Part shown: piece after piece, positions 45,532 through 54,836 of the stretch
How positions within the stretch are numbered: the first letter of the stretch is position 1
Layout: each line of letters begins with the position of its first letter
Translations under genes and position numbers: made by a program
Source of the DNA: an uncultured Candidatus Saccharibacteria bacterium
GTDB taxonomy: Bacteria; Patescibacteriota; Minisyncoccia; Portnoybacterales; UBA2143
Direction: 5' to 3'
Assembly (NCBI GenBank): GCA_964629675.1
Contig: CAZVUG010000009.1
Location: 17,523 to 81,522, forward strand
DNA: 64,000 bases
The notes under the pieces: generated by a model
The model's input: the letters and a program-made list of their open reading frames with translations, nothing else
What the model was told of the DNA's origin: nothing
Databases searched by the model: none

Positions 45532-46068
45532 TTAATATTTTACCAGATTTAAGCTGTTTTGTAAAAAATACCTTGATTTTAAATGATTTCCTAAAAGGGA
45601 TTCAATAAAAAGGGCTGTTTTGTCTTGTTGGCCATAGCCTAAAGCTTCTATTATTCTTATCTCAAAATCTTTAATGATTTTGCGGACATCCTCTTCTTTT
45701 TTATTTAATTGGCAGAAAGCCAAAAGAATAGTATTCCAAATGCGCTCATCTCTCTCTGGGCCAATCATTAATCTGTCTATTATTTCAGCTAAATAATATG
45801 AAGCTGCCAAGGCGGGCAAACTTCGGTGAAGGAAAAGAAATCCTCTAATTAGTTCTGCTCCAGTAATTAAGGGCCAGCTTTTTGTCGGAATCGCCATTAA
45901 ATGGACATAAGAAAAAAGCTCTAAATGGCCTTTTAATTTGGCTTGTTTTTTTCTGATTGCCTTAGCTTTAAGCAGTAATTTCCCAAAATCTTTTGTGTAA
46001 ACAGTTAACAGCCGGTCTGTTTCTCCCGAATTAATATTTTTAATAATAATGCCCTGCGTTTTGTACAT
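45532..46068 (-). CDS. recO: DNA repair protein RecO (short form)
   Basis: N-terminal OB pattern (GIIIKNINSGETDRLLTVYTKDFGKLLLKAKAIRK) plus a helical domain. 178 aa; no zinc finger visible. Confidence 0.65.
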   Translation of the reverse strand: MYKTQGIIIKNINSGETDRLLTVYTKDFGKLLLKAKAIRKKQAKLKGHLELFSYVHLMAIPTKSWPLITGAELIRGFLFLHRSLPALAASYYLAEIIDRLMIGPERDERIWNTILLAFCQLNKKEEDVRKIIKDFEIRIIEALGYGQQDKTALFIESLLGNHLKSRYFLQNSLNLVKY

Positions 46069-46074
46069 CTAAAT

Positions 46075-49000
46075 TTAGCGCACGCTTTTGATGCCCAGCC
46101 AAATTTTTTGATTATTTAAAGAAATCTCTTTCTCTACTAAAAAAGCTTCTTTTCGGCGAGAGCCGTTTTCTATTTGCGAAGCTGAAATTTCTTTTTTGAT
46201 TTCCGTAAGATTATTCTGAATTAATCTCTCTAATAAATCTTGCCCAGTATAGCGCAGATAGATTAATTGGCTAGGCCGCAAATTGCCGTTTTTCCTCATT
46301 TCTTGAATATAACGAATAAGATCTCTCAGCATTCCTTCTTGTTGGAGAGCGCTCGTTATCTTAGTGTCCAGCTCAATTTCTCCTTTAATCTTAGGATCAT
46401 AAACTATTTTTTTAACATTAATTTCTTCTTTAAATATTTCCAGTAATTCCTGGTCGCTGCTCAAATTCTTGCTTTTAATCTTTAATTCACGTAAAGGCTG
46501 TCTGACTTTAATTCCCTGAGCAGCTCTCTGGGCTAAAACAGCTGCGGACAGCTCCCTAATTTTCCCCATTTTTATCTCTAACTCCTGATTAATTAATTCC
46601 GGAGACACTTTTGGCCAAGAGCATAAATGAACTGACTCTCCTTTTCCTAAGTGCTGATAAATTTCTTCCGTTAGGAAAGGGATAAAAGGAGCAGCTAATT
46701 TTGAAAATTCCAAAAGAACAAAACTATAAATTTTCTCGGCCTCTTTTTTTTCTCGGTTGTTTTGCGGCTTTTGAAAGCGCCGACGAGAGCGCCTAACATA
46801 CCAATTAGAAAAATCATCTAGAAAAAGATCAAGCGAGCGGGAAGCCTTAGTTAAATCATATTTATCCATCCAGTTAGCAACTTCTGCATTTAAACTATTT
46901 AATTTAGAAATGATCCAAGAATCCAAGATATTTTTCGGCTTAACTGATTTGGGGGCTTTCGTCTTTTGAGGAGCATAAGTATTTAGAAAGATAAAGCAAT
47001 TCCAAAGAGTCATGACAAATCGGCGAAATGTTTCGGCAATTTTTTTCTCCGAAGCTACACAGTCTTCACCCATTGGCGTACTTGAAAGAAGAAAATACCT
47101 TAAGGTGTCTGCTCCGTATTGATCAAAGATAATTTCTGGAGGAGTATAATTTCTTAAGCGTTTTGAAAGTTTTTTGCCGTCTTCTCCCAAAATAAAACCA
47201 TTGACAACAACATTCTTAAAAGCTGGCTGTTCTTTAGCCAAGCCGATTTCTTTACTGGAAGAATCTTTTTTTGTCAAAGCGCTGGCCAAGACATGGAGAG
47301 TATAAAACCAGCCTCTGGTTTGATCAATGCCTTCAGCAATAAAATGGGCTGGAAATGTTTTTTCCAATAATTTTTTGTTCTCAAAAGGATAATGCCATTG
47401 TCCATAAGGCATTGAGCCTGATTCAAACCAGCAGTCAAAAACTTCGCTAGTTCTTTTCATTTCTTTTCCGCAAACAGGGCATCTAACCTTAGTCCGGTCA
47501 ATATATGGTAAATGAAGATTAAGATCGCCTTTTTTATCGAAAGGAAGTTTTTTAAAAACAAGCTTTTTAAGTTCTCCTGGATTTAAAATAGATTTTTTCC
47601 TTCGGTCAGCTATTTGCTGGTTGCTGAATCCTTGGCTAGCATCATTTAAAACCCAAAGTGGATCTCCGTGACTGACTATCAGAATATTTTTATTTTGGTA
47701 TTTTTTCTCAACAGACAGAAGAAAATTCATCATTCTTCTCTTTAACTGGCTTAAACTTTCTGCTTGAAACGGCTTGCGGTTAAATCTTTTAAGCTGGTCA
47801 TTGTCAAAATAGGCATTGTATTCTTTGATAGATTTTCCCTTAAACTGCCCGACTTCCATATCTCGCAGGCGTTTATCATAAATAATTTTACTGCCTAATG
47901 CCTTAGCGATAATAGAAGCTGTTTGCTTAGTCCGATAAAAATCAGAAGAAAAAATTAAATCTATTTTATTCTTTTGCAAAAATGGAACGTGTTCTTTTAT
48001 CTTCTCTTCAGCTTTTTTCGTTATTTTAACTTTTCTGTTTTCTTCATCAGAATAAATAATGCCATTAATATTATTTTGTGTTTCTCCGTGGCGAAGCAGG
48101 AAATATTTATTATTCTGCTGGCTATTTTTCTTTAAGTCTTCTAAAGAACCGGCGACTAATTTTTCGCCGCAATGGCTGCATTGCCAAACCGGGATAGGAG
48201 CTCCCCAATAACGATTGCGAGAGATAGCCCAATCGCGAGCTCCTTCCAGCCATTTACCGAAACGGCCATGTTTAAGATGGCTAGGCACCCATCTAATTTT
48301 TTCGTTATTGCTGATTAATTCTTTTTTAATTTTACTAACAGCAACGTACCAGCTATTGATAGGAAAATAAAGTAAAGGACTGTCGCACCGCCAGCAATGG
48401 GGATAGCTATGGATAATTTCTTCTTCTTTAAAAAGAAACCCTCTTTTAGCTAAATCTTCTTTAATTTCTTTGTCTGCTTTTTTTACGAACAAGCCTTCTC
48501 CGGGAATATGCAAATTTTTTATCATCTTTCCTTCTTCATCCACAGTAACTAGCGTTGGCAATTTTTCTTTTTTGCCTAATTCCATATCCTCCTCGCCAAA
48601 AGCTGGAGCAATATGGACAATTCCTGTTCCTTCTTCAGTAGAAACAAAATCTGCCGGAACAATTAAATAACCCGGCTTATCTAATTTCATTTTATACAAT
48701 GGCTGATACTCTTTACCCAATAATTCTTTGCCTAGAAACTCTTTTTCAATTTGGGCTTCCTTGCCTAAAACACCTAATTTTTCTTGAGCCAGGATATAAT
48801 AATCATTGTTCAATTTAGCTTTAACATATTTAATATCTGTGCCAACAGCTAAGGCGGTATTAGCCGGCAAAGTCCAAGGAGTGGTTGTCCAAGCTAATAA
48901 ATAAACATTTTTTTCTCCTTTTAAAAGAAGTTTGATATAGACTGAGCCTTCTTTAACATCGCGATAGGCTCCTGGCTGATTTAATTCAAAATTTGACAGA

Positions 49001-49542
49001 GGCGTTCCACAGCGCGGACAATAAGGAGTAACTCGATAATCTTGATAAACCAATCCTTTTTCCCATAGTTTTTTAAAAACCCACCACGATGATTCAATAT
49101 AGTTATTATCCATCGTCGAATAAGGATTGGAATTATCAAACCATCTGCCTACCCGATTAAGAGTTTTTACCCATTGGCTAGTACATTTAAAAACTGACGA
49201 TTGGCAAGCCGTATTAAATTTTTCAATGCCAAATTCTTCAATTTCCTTTTTATTCTTCAGGCCAACTTCTTTTTCGATCATGTTTTCTACTGGTAAGCCG
49301 TGACAATCCCAGCCAACACGCCAAGAAATCCGATATCCTTTCATTGCCCAGTAGCGTAAAACTGTATCTTTAATAGCGCTTGCCAAGATATGGCCATAAT
49401 GAGGTAAGCCTGACGCAAAAGGCGGACCGTCAAAAAAGCTAAAGAAAGGTCGCTTTTCTCTTAATTTGACTGATTTAGCAAAAATATTTTCTTTCTGCCA
49501 AAATTTTAATATTTTCTTTTCTATCTTAGGAATTTGATTCAT
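46075..49542 (-). CDS. ileS: Isoleucyl-tRNA synthetase with an embedded histidine-phosphatase (PGAM-like) domain
   Basis: PHYGHIL (HIGH), CP1 editing region, KLSKRLRNY (KMSKS), SRNRYWGAPIPVW and EVFDCWFESGSMPY. Residues about 472-672 carry LLRHGETQNN, SSDFYRTKQTA, RDMEVGQFKG, AESLSQL and LIVSHGDPL. Confidence 0.9.
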   Translation of the reverse strand: MNQIPKIEKKILKFWQKENIFAKSVKLREKRPFFSFFDGPPFASGLPHYGHILASAIKDTVLRYWAMKGYRISWRVGWDCHGLPVENMIEKEVGLKNKKEIEEFGIEKFNTACQSSVFKCTSQWVKTLNRVGRWFDNSNPYSTMDNNYIESSWWVFKKLWEKGLVYQDYRVTPYCPRCGTPLSNFELNQPGAYRDVKEGSVYIKLLLKGEKNVYLLAWTTTPWTLPANTALAVGTDIKYVKAKLNNDYYILAQEKLGVLGKEAQIEKEFLGKELLGKEYQPLYKMKLDKPGYLIVPADFVSTEEGTGIVHIAPAFGEEDMELGKKEKLPTLVTVDEEGKMIKNLHIPGEGLFVKKADKEIKEDLAKRGFLFKEEEIIHSYPHCWRCDSPLLYFPINSWYVAVSKIKKELISNNEKIRWVPSHLKHGRFGKWLEGARDWAISRNRYWGAPIPVWQCSHCGEKLVAGSLEDLKKNSQQNNKYFLLRHGETQNNINGIIYSDEENRKVKITKKAEEKIKEHVPFLQKNKIDLIFSSDFYRTKQTASIIAKALGSKIIYDKRLRDMEVGQFKGKSIKEYNAYFDNDQLKRFNRKPFQAESLSQLKRRMMNFLLSVEKKYQNKNILIVSHGDPLWVLNDASQGFSNQQIADRRKKSILNPGELKKLVFKKLPFDKKGDLNLHLPYIDRTKVRCPVCGKEMKRTSEVFDCWFESGSMPYGQWHYPFENKKLLEKTFPAHFIAEGIDQTRGWFYTLHVLASALTKKDSSSKEIGLAKEQPAFKNVVVNGFILGEDGKKLSKRLRNYTPPEIIFDQYGADTLRYFLLSSTPMGEDCVASEKKIAETFRRFVMTLWNCFIFLNTYAPQKTKAPKSVKPKNILDSWIISKLNSLNAEVANWMDKYDLTKASRSLDLFLDDFSNWYVRRSRRRFQKPQNNREKKEAEKIYSFVLLEFSKLAAPFIPFLTEEIYQHLGKGESVHLCSWPKVSPELINQELEIKMGKIRELSAAVLAQRAAQGIKVRQPLRELKIKSKNLSSDQELLEIFKEEINVKKIVYDPKIKGEIELDTKITSALQQEGMLRDLIRYIQEMRKNGNLRPSQLIYLRYTGQDLLERLIQNNLTEIKKEISASQIENGSRRKEAFLVEKEISLNNQKIWLGIKSVR

Positions 49543-49543
49543 A

Positions 49544-51058
49544 TTACATTTTTTCCGGCGTTGTTATACCCATTAGCTCTAAAGTGTTTTTTAAAACAAT
49601 TTGCGTTGCTTTAATTAAGCTTAGGCGAGCTTGGCTTAAATCTTTCTGCTGAGCATCTAAAACTCGACACTTCTCATAAAATTGGTGAAAAGAATTAGCC
49701 AGTTCTAAAGAATAAGCTGGTAATTGCTGCACTTGATAATCTTGGGCAATTTTTTCAATTATTTCCGGAAATTGCGCTAATTTTTTAATTAAATTTAATT
49801 CAGCCTCTTCTGAAAAAACATCTTTAATTTGAGGCTTTAGCTTTGTTTTTTCTAAAATACCGCAAATTCTAGCATAAGCATATTGAATATAATAAACAGG
49901 ATTTTTAGCTGACTGCTCACGGGCTAGCTGAAGATCAAAATTCAAATGAGTATCTGGAGATTTTTCCAAAAAGAAGAAACGGACAACATCAGGACCAACT
50001 TCGTCTAATAATTCGTCCAAAGGAATATATCGGCCTAGGCGCTTAGACATTCTTTGTCTTACTCCTTTTTCTAGAATAGTTACAAATTGCAAAAGAATAA
50101 TTTCTAATTTCCCTTGATAACCCAAAGCTTCGATGCCAGCCATTAACCCTGGAATATCACCGTGATGATCAGCTCCCCAAATATTAATGACTTTAGCAAA
50201 ATGCTTATCTTTAATTTTGTAATTATGCAAAGCAATATCTCCGGCTAAATAAGTTTTGCTGTCGTCTTTCTTGATCAGAACCCGATCTCGGCTATCGCCA
50301 AATTTTGACGACTTAAACCAGGTTGCTTTTTCTTTCTGATAAATTAAACCTCTTTTCTGCAAAAAATTCAATATTTCATCCACTTGGCCTGACTGGTAAA
50401 GCTGAGATTCAAAAATCCATTCGTCATATTTAATACCTAGTTTGTCAGTCGTTTTTTTGATATATTTTTTAATAATATGGCTGGCGGCTTTTGCTCCTGC
50501 TTTTTGCAGATCTTTTTCTTTAATTATTTTATGTAAATCATCAATGTATTTTCCCTGATATTTAGCTTGCTCGTCTTGCAAAACGGAATGCCCTAAGGAA
50601 ATAATCTGTTGGCCGTAATCATTAACGTAATACGCTTTTTCCGCAAGATAGCCAGCTTTCGCTAAAACATTAGCTAAGACATCGCCAAAAGGACCGCCGC
50701 GAGCGTTAGCGACTGTCAAAGGTCCAGTTGGATTAGCCGAAATAAATTCCACCTGCACTTTTTCTTTTTGGCCAATATCCAGCTGGCCATAATTATTTTC
50801 TTTTTTAATAATCTCTTTTAATTCTGCCAAAAGACATTTTCGAGATAAGGTAAAGTTAATAAAGCCTGGACCGGCTACTTCAACTTTTTCAAAGATTGGC
50901 TCTTTTTGCAACTGGCTAGTTATTTTTTGCGGGTCGATTTTAACCTGCAAAGCAATATTAGTTGAATAATCGCCAAAATCAGGATTAGCCGGATGTTCCA
51001 GATTTACTTCTTGCTGAACTAATTCTTCGATAATCTCTTTAATTTTTGTCTTAATCAT
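49544..51058 (-). CDS. argS: Arginyl-tRNA synthetase
   Basis: FISANPTGPLTVANARG (HIGH region), C-terminal DALR anticodon-binding region ending in M. 504 aa. Confidence 0.9.
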   Translation of the reverse strand: MIKTKIKEIIEELVQQEVNLEHPANPDFGDYSTNIALQVKIDPQKITSQLQKEPIFEKVEVAGPGFINFTLSRKCLLAELKEIIKKENNYGQLDIGQKEKVQVEFISANPTGPLTVANARGGPFGDVLANVLAKAGYLAEKAYYVNDYGQQIISLGHSVLQDEQAKYQGKYIDDLHKIIKEKDLQKAGAKAASHIIKKYIKKTTDKLGIKYDEWIFESQLYQSGQVDEILNFLQKRGLIYQKEKATWFKSSKFGDSRDRVLIKKDDSKTYLAGDIALHNYKIKDKHFAKVINIWGADHHGDIPGLMAGIEALGYQGKLEIILLQFVTILEKGVRQRMSKRLGRYIPLDELLDEVGPDVVRFFFLEKSPDTHLNFDLQLAREQSAKNPVYYIQYAYARICGILEKTKLKPQIKDVFSEEAELNLIKKLAQFPEIIEKIAQDYQVQQLPAYSLELANSFHQFYEKCRVLDAQQKDLSQARLSLIKATQIVLKNTLELMGITTPEKM

Positions 51059-51098
51059 GGTAATATTCTAACAAAAGACAGCTATTTATTCAACTTTT

Positions 51099-51545
51099 AT
51101 GATTTTAGCCAAGAACCCAAAAGCTAAATATGATTACAATATTTTAGAAACTTACCAGGCAGGCGTTGTTTTATCAGGACAAGAAGTTAAATCAATTAAG
51201 AATAAGCGACTGAGCCTTAAGGGGTCTTTTGTTAGAATCAAAGATGGGGAAGTTTGGTTAATTAATGCTAGTATTCCACCTTACCAAGTTAAAAATACTC
51301 CAGCTGATTATGATCCAACCCGCGAGAGAAAATTGCTTTTACGGAGAGAAGAAATTAACCGCCTAATCGGCAAAAGCAAAGAGAAAGGGTTGACTTTAGT
51401 CCCTCTTCAGGCTTATACTCAAAGAGGAAAAATTAAAATAGAATTCGGCTTAGGCAAAGGGAAAAGAAAAACGGACAAGAGAGAGACTATCAAGAAAAGA
51501 GAGTCGCAAAGAAAGATTGAACAAGCTATCAGAAGAAAATTTTAA
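51099..51545 (+). CDS. smpB: SsrA-binding protein SmpB
   Basis: NPKAKYDYNILETYQAGVVLSGQEVKS...NASIPPY...RERKLLL pattern; directly upstream of the tmRNA. Confidence 0.92.
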   Translation: MILAKNPKAKYDYNILETYQAGVVLSGQEVKSIKNKRLSLKGSFVRIKDGEVWLINASIPPYQVKNTPADYDPTRERKLLLRREEINRLIGKSKEKGLTLVPLQAYTQRGKIKIEFGLGKGKRKTDKRETIKKRESQRKIEQAIRRKF

Positions 51546-51564
51546 TTAATAAATTTTACGCCTA

Positions 51565-51949
51565 GGGGGCGCTAGGCATTGATAAGAGAAAGTTCTTTAA
51601 TGCGCAAGTCGAGGGCCATCTCGTTAAACGGCAAATTAAAATAAGTGTCAACTTATTCCAAAAAGCACAAGGAGCCTTGGCACAGCTAAGCACTCCTAAT
51701 TTTGCTTTAGCTACTGCTTAAAGTCAGCAGCCATCCAAACTTTTGATTCCTGATAGAAAGATTTGGGTGTCAAATTATCAGGATAGATAATTAATCTGCT
51801 TCAATTAATTATTGAAAAAATAGAAGCAAGGAATAAGATTTTTTTGCTTGGTTTTAAAGTTCTTAGTCCTTAATTTAAATCAGGCTAAACTTGTAGAAAC
51901 ATTAATGAATTACTTTTAGACGAGGGTTCAAATCCCTCCGCCTCCACCA
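51565..51949 (+). ncRNA. ssrA: tmRNA (SsrA)
   Basis: 5' gggggcg pairs with 3' cgcctcc-a-CCA (G3:U pair). T-arm gagggttcaaatccctc. Internal tag frame reads ...FQKAQGALAQLSTPNFALATA, with TAA at 51719-51721. Confidence 0.88.
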
Positions 51950-51985
51950 AAATATATAATTATTAATTTAAGGAAAGAGATAACA

Positions 51986-52516
51986 ATTATTTTCAAAAAA
52001 TATCAAAATAACATTAAAAGAAGGCCGCGCCTTAATCACGAAATAAGGATAACGCCAATTCGATTAGTTGATGAAAAAGGCCAGAATTTAGGCGTCGTTG
52101 AAACAGCGGAAGCTCTCAAAAAAGCCAACGAAAAAGGATTAGATTTAATTGAGATAGCTCCTCAGGCTAAACCGCCCGTCTGCAAAATTATAGATTACGG
52201 CAAATATCAATACCAAACAAGCTTGCAGGATAAATTGCAAAAATCTAAACAAAAAAAGGTTGAGACCAAAGGGGTAAGAATCAGTCTAAGAATTGGCCAG
52301 CATGATTTAGATATTAAAGCAAAACAAGCGGCAAAATTTTTAGAAAAAGGACACAAGGTTAAAGTAGATATAATCCTTAAAGGCAGAGAGAAAAAACTTT
52401 TTGAATTAGCCAAAGAAAAAACAGAGCAATTTATTCAATCAGTTTCTCCGGAGGCAAAAATAGAAGGAGGCTTTAAAAAGGGTCCGAAAGGAATTAGTGT
52501 CTTAATTAGCAAATAA
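51986..52516 (+). CDS. infC: Translation initiation factor IF-3, probable AUU start
   Basis: The ORF track only finds the C-terminal domain (52223..52516). The same frame is open upstream and encodes the N-terminal domain (RPRLNHEIRITPIRLVDEKGQNLGVVETAEALKKANEKGLDLIEIAPQAKPPVCKIIDYGKYQY), with no ATG/GTG/TTG. ATT at 51986/51989 follows aaggaaagaga. Confidence 0.75.
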   Translation: MIFKKYQNNIKRRPRLNHEIRITPIRLVDEKGQNLGVVETAEALKKANEKGLDLIEIAPQAKPPVCKIIDYGKYQYQTSLQDKLQKSKQKKVETKGVRISLRIGQHDLDIKAKQAAKFLEKGHKVKVDIILKGREKKLFELAKEKTEQFIQSVSPEAKIEGGFKKGPKGISVLISK

Positions 52517-52520
52517 TATT

Positions 52521-52865
52521 ATGCCTAGAGTAAAAAGAGGAACAATCGCTAATAAGCGGAGAAAAAATACATTAAAACAAACTAAAGGTTTTAAATGGGG
52601 ACGCAAATCTAAATACCGCCTTGCCAAAGACGCTCTTCAACATGCTCAAATGCATGCTTACAGCGACCGGAAAAAGAAAAAAAGAAATTTCCGCCAGCTT
52701 TGGCAACTCAAGATTAACGCAGCTTCGCGAACCCAAGGATTAACTTATAGCCAATTTACTAATAAATTAAAAAAAGCTAATATTCAATTAGATAGAAAAA
52801 TATTAGCTCAGTTAGCTGAAAAAAAACCTGAAATATTCAAGAAAATAACCGAATTAGTTTCATAA
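52521..52865 (+). CDS. rplT: 50S ribosomal protein L20
   Basis: MPRVKRGTIANKRRKNTLKQTKGF... is a classic L20 N-terminus. Confidence 0.92.
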   Translation: MPRVKRGTIANKRRKNTLKQTKGFKWGRKSKYRLAKDALQHAQMHAYSDRKKKKRNFRQLWQLKINAASRTQGLTYSQFTNKLKKANIQLDRKILAQLAEKKPEIFKKITELVS

Positions 52866-52883
52866 TAATAATTCTGCTGATAT

Positions 52884-53843
52884 TTATATTTCAGCTATCA
52901 ATAAATCTAAAGCGGTCGTTTCGTCCAAGCGGCCTTTTTTAATATCTATTTCAATTTCTAATAAGCGCTGATAAATTCTCTTTAGCTGGTTTAGGCTGAA
53001 ACCCTGCAAGACTGACCAGCTTTTTTTAATGACAAAAGGATGTAATCCACTTTCCTTAGCTAGACTATAGAAAGGAACTCCTTTTTCTATTAAATCCTTA
53101 ATAATAATTAAAGTTCTCAGTTGATAAATAAACATAGAAAAAAGGTAAAGGGTTTTAGCTCCTTCGGCAAGATGTTTATGCAAAAAATTAAAAGCATTTT
53201 TTTTATCTCTTTGCGCCAAAGCATCTAAAGTTTTAAAAATATTAAGATCTGTTCTAGTTTGCACTAATAAATCTATATCCGCTGCTTCTATTTGGAAATC
53301 ACGATCAGCTGCATAATTAATTAATTTATCTAATTCATTATTCATCTGCCAAAGATTATTACCAACAAAAACAATTAGTTTATTAACTGCCTCCGGAGTA
53401 ATTTTAGCTTTTTCTTTTTTTACTTTTTCTTTTATCCATCTAGCTAATTCTAAATTATTTAAAAATTTAAATTCCTCCAACATGTTAACCTTTGTCTTGT
53501 AACTAGCAACTCCTATTTTTTTCCTTTCGTGCATAACAATAATAACGTCTTGACTGTCTTTAAGTTTGTTTCGGCGGGCATAAGCAAAAAAATTTTCTTT
53601 AAAATTATCATCCTCCAGAGCATTTTCTAAAATAATTAATTTTTTTTCAGCAAACATTGAAGCTGATTCAGCTGTTTTCTGAAATTCTTCAAAATCTAAT
53701 TGGCCTTCTTTGAAATAAGTTAAATTAAGGCCAGTTTTATTTTTAGCTTGGTATTTAGCTATTATCTCTTTTTCTTTTTGCTGCGAGCGAAAAATATCTT
53801 CGCCGTAAAGTAGAATAATCATGGTTCTATTATTTCGATCCAA
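52884..53843 (-). CDS. holA: DNA polymerase III delta subunit
   Basis: Size and pattern (ILLYGEDIF..., helical C-terminal domain). Recognition by overall similarity only. Confidence 0.55.
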   Translation of the reverse strand: MDRNNRTMIILLYGEDIFRSQQKEKEIIAKYQAKNKTGLNLTYFKEGQLDFEEFQKTAESASMFAEKKLIILENALEDDNFKENFFAYARRNKLKDSQDVIIVMHERKKIGVASYKTKVNMLEEFKFLNNLELARWIKEKVKKEKAKITPEAVNKLIVFVGNNLWQMNNELDKLINYAADRDFQIEAADIDLLVQTRTDLNIFKTLDALAQRDKKNAFNFLHKHLAEGAKTLYLFSMFIYQLRTLIIIKDLIEKGVPFYSLAKESGLHPFVIKKSWSVLQGFSLNQLKRIYQRLLEIEIDIKKGRLDETTALDLLIAEI

Positions 53844-54826
53844 GTTTGCCCAGGGACAAATTTAATTTCTTGGCCGTTTTTATTTAAAAATTCAAGCTTA
53901 CTAGCTGGCTCTTTTTCGCTTTTTTGCCAAGAGCAATCAGTCACCTGACCATTTTGGTAAAGCTGACACTCTCCGCAGCCCTCTAAATCAAGGTCATTAT
54001 AATCATTTTCAATCTGCTGGGAAAAAACTTTCATAACAATAATATTTTTAGCCTCAACTTGCTTTTCGTTGTTGCCATCTATCTCTGGTAAACCCGCCCG
54101 CCAACGCAGATAAGAATTATTTTCCGGCTGATACTCCCATTGTACCTGATAAGGCCAAGAATATTCAATCTCTATTTTATTTTCTTCGGCTAGATGGCTA
54201 ATTTCAATAATTTTATCTTCGTAAGGATAACCAATAAAATTATTTTCTAAGCGATACCCTATTTTCTGGATGCTATTTAAAATTCTTTCCCGAGAAGTAA
54301 ATCCATTATGTGGCGAAGGCCGAGAAGATTCTCGGTAAAAAACATTGTAAGGATTTTCTAGAGCGTCGAGATTATCTATTATTCCAGCATTCAAATCGCC
54401 TAAGGCGAAATGAGAACCACCCCAATGGATCAAGATAGCATCCAAGCCTAGAGCCAAAGGAATAAAATCATGACGAGCACTCCGCAAAGGCCCTATTTTC
54501 TCAGGTAAAGAGCAAAGATAAAAAGCTAATATCCGAGTAATGCTACCTGTAATAACGGGCATTTCGATAATTAAATCTGCCTGAGAAATGCCAAAAAGAG
54601 GACGAGCAGCCGGATCTTCTGCCAAGACAACTGCTAATGGCCTCCTATCGCTATCAGCACAAGGCAATCCGCTCAAAAGACTTTTCTCATATTCTTCTGT
54701 TAAATTTATTTCTTCATTTATATCATTGTCTATTTTAAAGATATACGGCCGGGAAATAAAAATTAGCCCGAAGGCTAAAATAAACAATGCCAAAATAACA
54801 ATGATTTTATTCTTTGCTATAATCAT
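53819..54826 (-). CDS. DUF3048 domain-containing secreted/lipoprotein-like protein
   Basis: N-terminal TM/signal; RPLAVVLAEDPAARPLFGISQADLIIEMPVITGSITRILAFY is typical of the YerB/DUF3048 family. Confidence 0.5.
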   Translation of the reverse strand: MIIAKNKIIVILALFILAFGLIFISRPYIFKIDNDINEEINLTEEYEKSLLSGLPCADSDRRPLAVVLAEDPAARPLFGISQADLIIEMPVITGSITRILAFYLCSLPEKIGPLRSARHDFIPLALGLDAILIHWGGSHFALGDLNAGIIDNLDALENPYNVFYRESSRPSPHNGFTSRERILNSIQKIGYRLENNFIGYPYEDKIIEISHLAEENKIEIEYSWPYQVQWEYQPENNSYLRWRAGLPEIDGNNEKQVEAKNIIVMKVFSQQIENDYNDLDLEGCGECQLYQNGQVTDCSWQKSEKEPASKLEFLNKNGQEIKFVPGQTWIEIIEP

Positions 54827-54836
54827 TTTTAAAAAA

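Noticed and set aside
46075-51098. T-box leaders upstream of the aminoacyl-tRNA synthetase genes
   Set aside because: Every aaRS gene in the window directly abuts or overlaps the preceding gene, with gaps of 1-40 nt. This leaves no room for a T-box leader of about 200 nt.
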